Origin: Amoebophrya sp. A120
Lineage: Eukaryota > Protista > Dinoflagellata
NCBI GenBank assembly: GCA_905178155.1
Contig: CAJINV010000002.1
Span: forward strand, 2,312,998-2,376,997
Reading direction: 5' to 3'
DNA: 64,000 bases
Shown: positions 60,801 to 64,000 of the stretch, in pieces
How positions within the stretch are numbered: position 1 is the stretch's first letter
Layout of the letters: each line of letters opens with the position of its first letter
Notes under the pieces: model-generated
The model's database searches: none
Told to the model about the DNA's origin: nothing
Seen by the model: only the letters and a program-made list of their open reading frames with translations
Program-made: the position numbers and the translations under genes

Positions 60801-63318
60801 ACCCAGACATATTTGCAATGCATATCACGTGCGTGCTGTTGATTTGGTTTTCGTTTTGGGTAAAATCAATCATCAGATCCCCCGTGATTATGACCTGCAA
60901 AAGTATCGTATTCGTATAAATGCATTACAAATTTCCTCAGCATGAGAAATAAAATTTGTAATGCGGATCCGGATTTGCCTTGAGAACAAGATTTGTAATG
61001 CATGATTGCAATACGAGTGCGATACTTTTGCACAGGATAGTGATCTCGTCCGCACGATGTACGTCGTAGGAGCAGAAATCCACGATCGCACGGGGCTGTC
61101 GATTTGTAGCACTGCGCTGCATCGGTTCTCTCTGTACAAAAGCGTCCAACGCAAATTGCACCGCGAGAGAGATTATCAAATGTAAAAATGTCTGGGTCTG
61201 GAAAAGTGTAGACTTGTCATGCACATTTTCCATGACCCATGAGGTCTGGAATGCGGGACTTAGCATGACAGACTCTGCGGAGTCTCTGTCATGTCTATCC
61301 TGCATGAGAAACTCCCTTCCAACTTGGTCAAAAGTGTACAGCTTTTGGCACTCATGCAACAGAGATTTTTGCATGCTTCAGATTTACCATGACAAGTTGC
61401 AATCTTCCAGACATCCAGACATTTTTGCAATTCATAGAGATTTTTTCGCAGAAAATCCTCCTGTCGTTCGGTGCGTATCCTGATTAAAAACGTCCCCACA
61501 CCAGAGTCAAGATGGGGACTTTGCAACACAAACCTAGGAGTTTTGGGAATCACGCATGACAAGTTTCAGTCCGTAAGGTAGTGCAAGTTAGCAAGGAAAG
61601 CCGCATCACAAATCGATCTGCTGATCCTGTTTACAGCATTACAAGTTCCCAAACACGATTGAAAATGCCTGTCATGGGGTTGCGCATCACAACTATTCCT
61701 GTCATGGCAAATCTGCATGACAACTCTGGGGTGGGGACGTTTTTACTCAGGATAGTGCGTCAGCGAGGTTCTGGATTTTCAGGGATAAAGCCCCCGTGAG
61801 CCGGTTTTTCCCGTCGTTTTTTGTGCATTGGTTCAGTTTCCTCTCCAGCGTAATAGCGATTCGGTCAATCGCGGCCTTGCGTTGGTTTTCCAGTCGTTCT
61901 TGCTCGGGGGTCAGGTAGTTGGTGGGGGTGATATTGTCCTGGTCTGACCCTGCCGGCGTCGCGCTCGTGCTTGTGGTAGGTGGTGGAGGGAAAAATATTT
62001 TCAACGACCGGGTGTCGTGTGGTGTTAGTGAGTCTTGCACTGACTTTGTCAACGCGCTTCAGGAAATAAGTACTTCAGCATGATAAAGGCGAAACCCAAC
62101 TTCTCTTCTCCGCCGCACTGAATCTGCAAATTTTTGCAACACATGCAGGTGAAATATTAAACGTGCAACTAGTACTAACCCGCCTGTTGAACAAATTTTC
62201 CCATCCCATACAGGTGTCGTGAAATTCAACAGCAGTGCCTGCGCTGTCACCTGATCGGAGTTCACAGGCATTAACGGGAGCTGCACCGGATACTCCTTCG
62301 CTGTTGTTGACTTTTCTTCTCCTTGTGCACTGGTGTCACTTCCTCCCGCATCCTCTTTTTCACGTCCCAACATCTTCGTCCTCGTGGTCTCCTCTCGCAG
62401 ATTCCGCAGTGCTTCGGTGAAGGAAAGGAGCGCTTGCGGTTCTTTATTCGGGTTAATATTTGGTACCGATGGTCGTACTCTTGATGCAACCTGCGAAGCA
62501 GTAGAATCTGATGCACCTTTCATCGATGCAGTATGAATTTCAGAAGCTTTATCCCCCACGCCCGCACTTGCTGGTATCGTGGTTTTCGTCCTCTTCGCAG
62601 CCAATTTTGCGCCTGCCTTCGGATCTGACACAGCAGCGTCCGTTGGTTGTGGTGGTATTTCGTTGCAAACAAACTCCCCTACCGGTGACACGGCGGAAGA
62701 ATATGTGCTGTCTACCGACGTTTTTGAGCTGTTAGTAATCTTCTCTGCCGTTGCGTTAGTACTGTCGGTGTCGCCCGACGCGCTACCACCGGTACTGCTA
62801 CCCAAAACATCAGTATTCTGTGGTTTAAAGCTGCTACGGTCGAAAAACTGTTGTCTTTTTCTCACCGCGTTTTCCTCCAATTTTGCGTTTACCAGCGCCG
62901 GTTGCATATCAAATGTAAAAATGTCTGGGCCTGGAAACTTGTGATGCTGGGTGGCGTCTCATGATGAGGCCACAAGTGCTGGCTCAGCATGACAAGTTTC
63001 TGAGCTTCTAGGTGTTGCCTACTTATTCTGCATGACAAACTGCGTTTCTGCATCACAGAAAAATGGAGCTCCTGGGTAACGTGCATGACAGACTTAAGAG
63101 TCATGCCAGACAAGCATGACAAACATGCACTCTTCCAGACCCAGACATTTTTGCATTTGATATTGCAACTTCTCGAACAACTCCTCATCCTCAGCACTCG
63201 CGGCTCCGTCTTGCGAGGAGTAGCTGAAGTCCATCCTTTCCTCCAGCTCGCAAGCGCTGCAGACCGCCGCGCTCTTCTGCCAACAAACGTTCTTCGCCCG
63301 TTCCGGGCGCAGGCCGCA
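54848..63318 (-). CDS. Very large protein with two C-terminal Cys-rich (PAN/apple-like?) modules; 5' end not in window
   Basis: Chain of minus-strand exons separated by 9 introners and one apparent GT-AG intron (about 62057-62179); repeated module Y(Y/F)CE...C...C.GVF(V/I)N..K.L.Y.C. Confidence 0.65.
55001..56000. mobile_element. Introner family B with nested ~850-bp GC-rich/minisatellite insert
   Basis: Family-B TIRs at both ends; TSD TACCA; removal restores FNWYYIK. Confidence 0.88.
55248..55372. repeat. Minisatellite (G)GCGCGAGAGGGT, 12-13-bp unit, about 10 copies
   Basis: Directly visible. Confidence 0.9.
56707..56921. mobile_element. Introner family D
   Basis: TATCGCAAGAAAAAACTGCTTCACTGT...ACAGTGAAACACTGTTTTCGTACGATA; TSD CGTGG. 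Confidence 0.9.
59287..59436. mobile_element. Introner family B
   Basis: Family-B TIR; flanks AATCA/AGTCC (decayed TSD). Confidence 0.85.
60063..60383. mobile_element. Introner family F
   Basis: TATTGAGAGGAAAAATCCTCCCTCCCCATATC...GATATGGGGAGGGGGGATTTTTCCTTGTGATA; TSD GCAAC. Confidence 0.9.
60551..60824. mobile_element. Introner family A
   Basis: Family-A TIR; TSD TCACG. Confidence 0.9.
60889..61039. mobile_element. Introner family B
   Basis: Family-B TIR; TSD GTGAT. Confidence 0.9.
61174..61436. mobile_element. Introner family A
   Basis: Family-A TIR; TSD GAGAT. Confidence 0.9.
61476..61754. mobile_element. Introner family C (279 bp)
   Basis: Family-C TIR; TSD GTGCG. Confidence 0.92.
62907..63162. 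mobile_element. Introner family A
   Basis: Family-A TIR; TSD TTGCA. Confidence 0.92.
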
Positions 63319-63371
63319 TATGAAATGTAAAAATGTCTGGGTCTGGAAGATTGCAACTTGTCATGCTAAAT
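63319..63371. mobile_element. Left end of a family-A introner, interrupted by a poly(T)-bounded insert
   Basis: TATGAAATGTAAAAATGTCTGGGTCTGGAAGATTGCAACTTGTCATGCTAAAT followed by a T run; no right TIR in the window. Confidence 0.8.
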
Positions 63372-63411
63372 TTTTTTTTTTTTTGCTAGGCTTCTCGCGT
63401 GTCGATTTGAA

Positions 63412-63560
63412 ATTCTTTTGATTTTTCTTTTGGTTTTCTTTTGATTTTTCTTTTGATTTTTCTTTTCATTTTTCTTTTGATTTTTCTTTTGATTTTTCTC
63501 TTGATTTTTCTCTTGATTTTTCTTTTAATTTTTCTTTTGATTTTTCTTTTTGTTGATATT
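63412..63560. repeat. 12-bp tandem repeat TTGATTTTTCTT
   Basis: About 11-12 copies directly visible. Confidence 0.9.
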
Positions 63561-64000
63561 TTCTTTTGATTTTTTGGTATTTCTTTTCGTTTTTCCTTTG
63601 TCTCGACACACAAAAAGCGGTGGGCGATTCACGAAGAAGTGCGCGGGTGTGCTCGGCGTTCCCGTGGCCTTAGGCCCTACCTTTTGGATAAAAGCTGCCG
63701 CTCCTCCTCCCCACGTCTCTTCCTTTCGCCATTGCCATCACTCCAATCATGGCCGACAGTTCCACTTCTCGCACGTCATCTGCATCCCTCCACAGAGATT
63801 TGTGAATCCTCTTCGGCCTGCGCAGTAGCAACGAAAAAGCAGTGTGCCAACCTGGCGGAGATTTACGCACTGACGCCTGCCCCCACATCTTGTTCTTGGA
63901 AGGATGTCCAATATTTACACTTACATCTTGATATCATGGCAAACATAGAGAAATCAACTATTTATTTCTATGTTGGTAAAAATGAAAGCGGAATAGAATA

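Noticed and set aside
63386-63613. KRKI-repeat basic protein ORF
   Set aside because: Translation of a 12-bp tandem repeat within a nested insert; no evidence that it is coding.
1-64000. An autonomous transposase for the introners; tRNA or rRNA genes
   Set aside because: No DDE, tyrosine-recombinase or reverse-transcriptase motifs and no RNA-gene signatures recognised by eye in this window.

Overview
Eukaryotic (protist) genomic DNA. Every gene I can recognise lies on the minus strand: CK2-beta (5' part), phosphoglycerate mutase, a PX-domain protein, a CSN3-like PCI protein, Tim10, a large HAD-domain protein, proteasome alpha-6, two hypothetical genes, and three large Cys-rich genes (two probably secreted; the third lacks its 5' end). 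The coding sequences are interrupted by about 40 short (145-320 bp) MITE-like elements in at least 7 families. They share TAT...ATA termini, terminal inverted repeats, a 5-bp target-site duplication (TSD) and a recurring internal TGT(C/G/A)ATGC motif. Removing an element plus one TSD copy restores the reading frame at the sites checked (one junction unresolved), although the ends carry no fixed GT-AG. They therefore behave as non-canonical introns (introner elements). This architecture resembles what is described for the parasitic dinoflagellate Amoebophrya; the organism assignment is inference. A local tandem duplication supplies filled and empty sites for three insertions and has a chimeric introner at its junction. 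Three introners carry nested foreign inserts. Intergenic spaces hold 0.6-2 kb very GC-rich islands, two of which share a diverged repeat. Coordinates were read by eye, and no splice site is experimentally confirmed.
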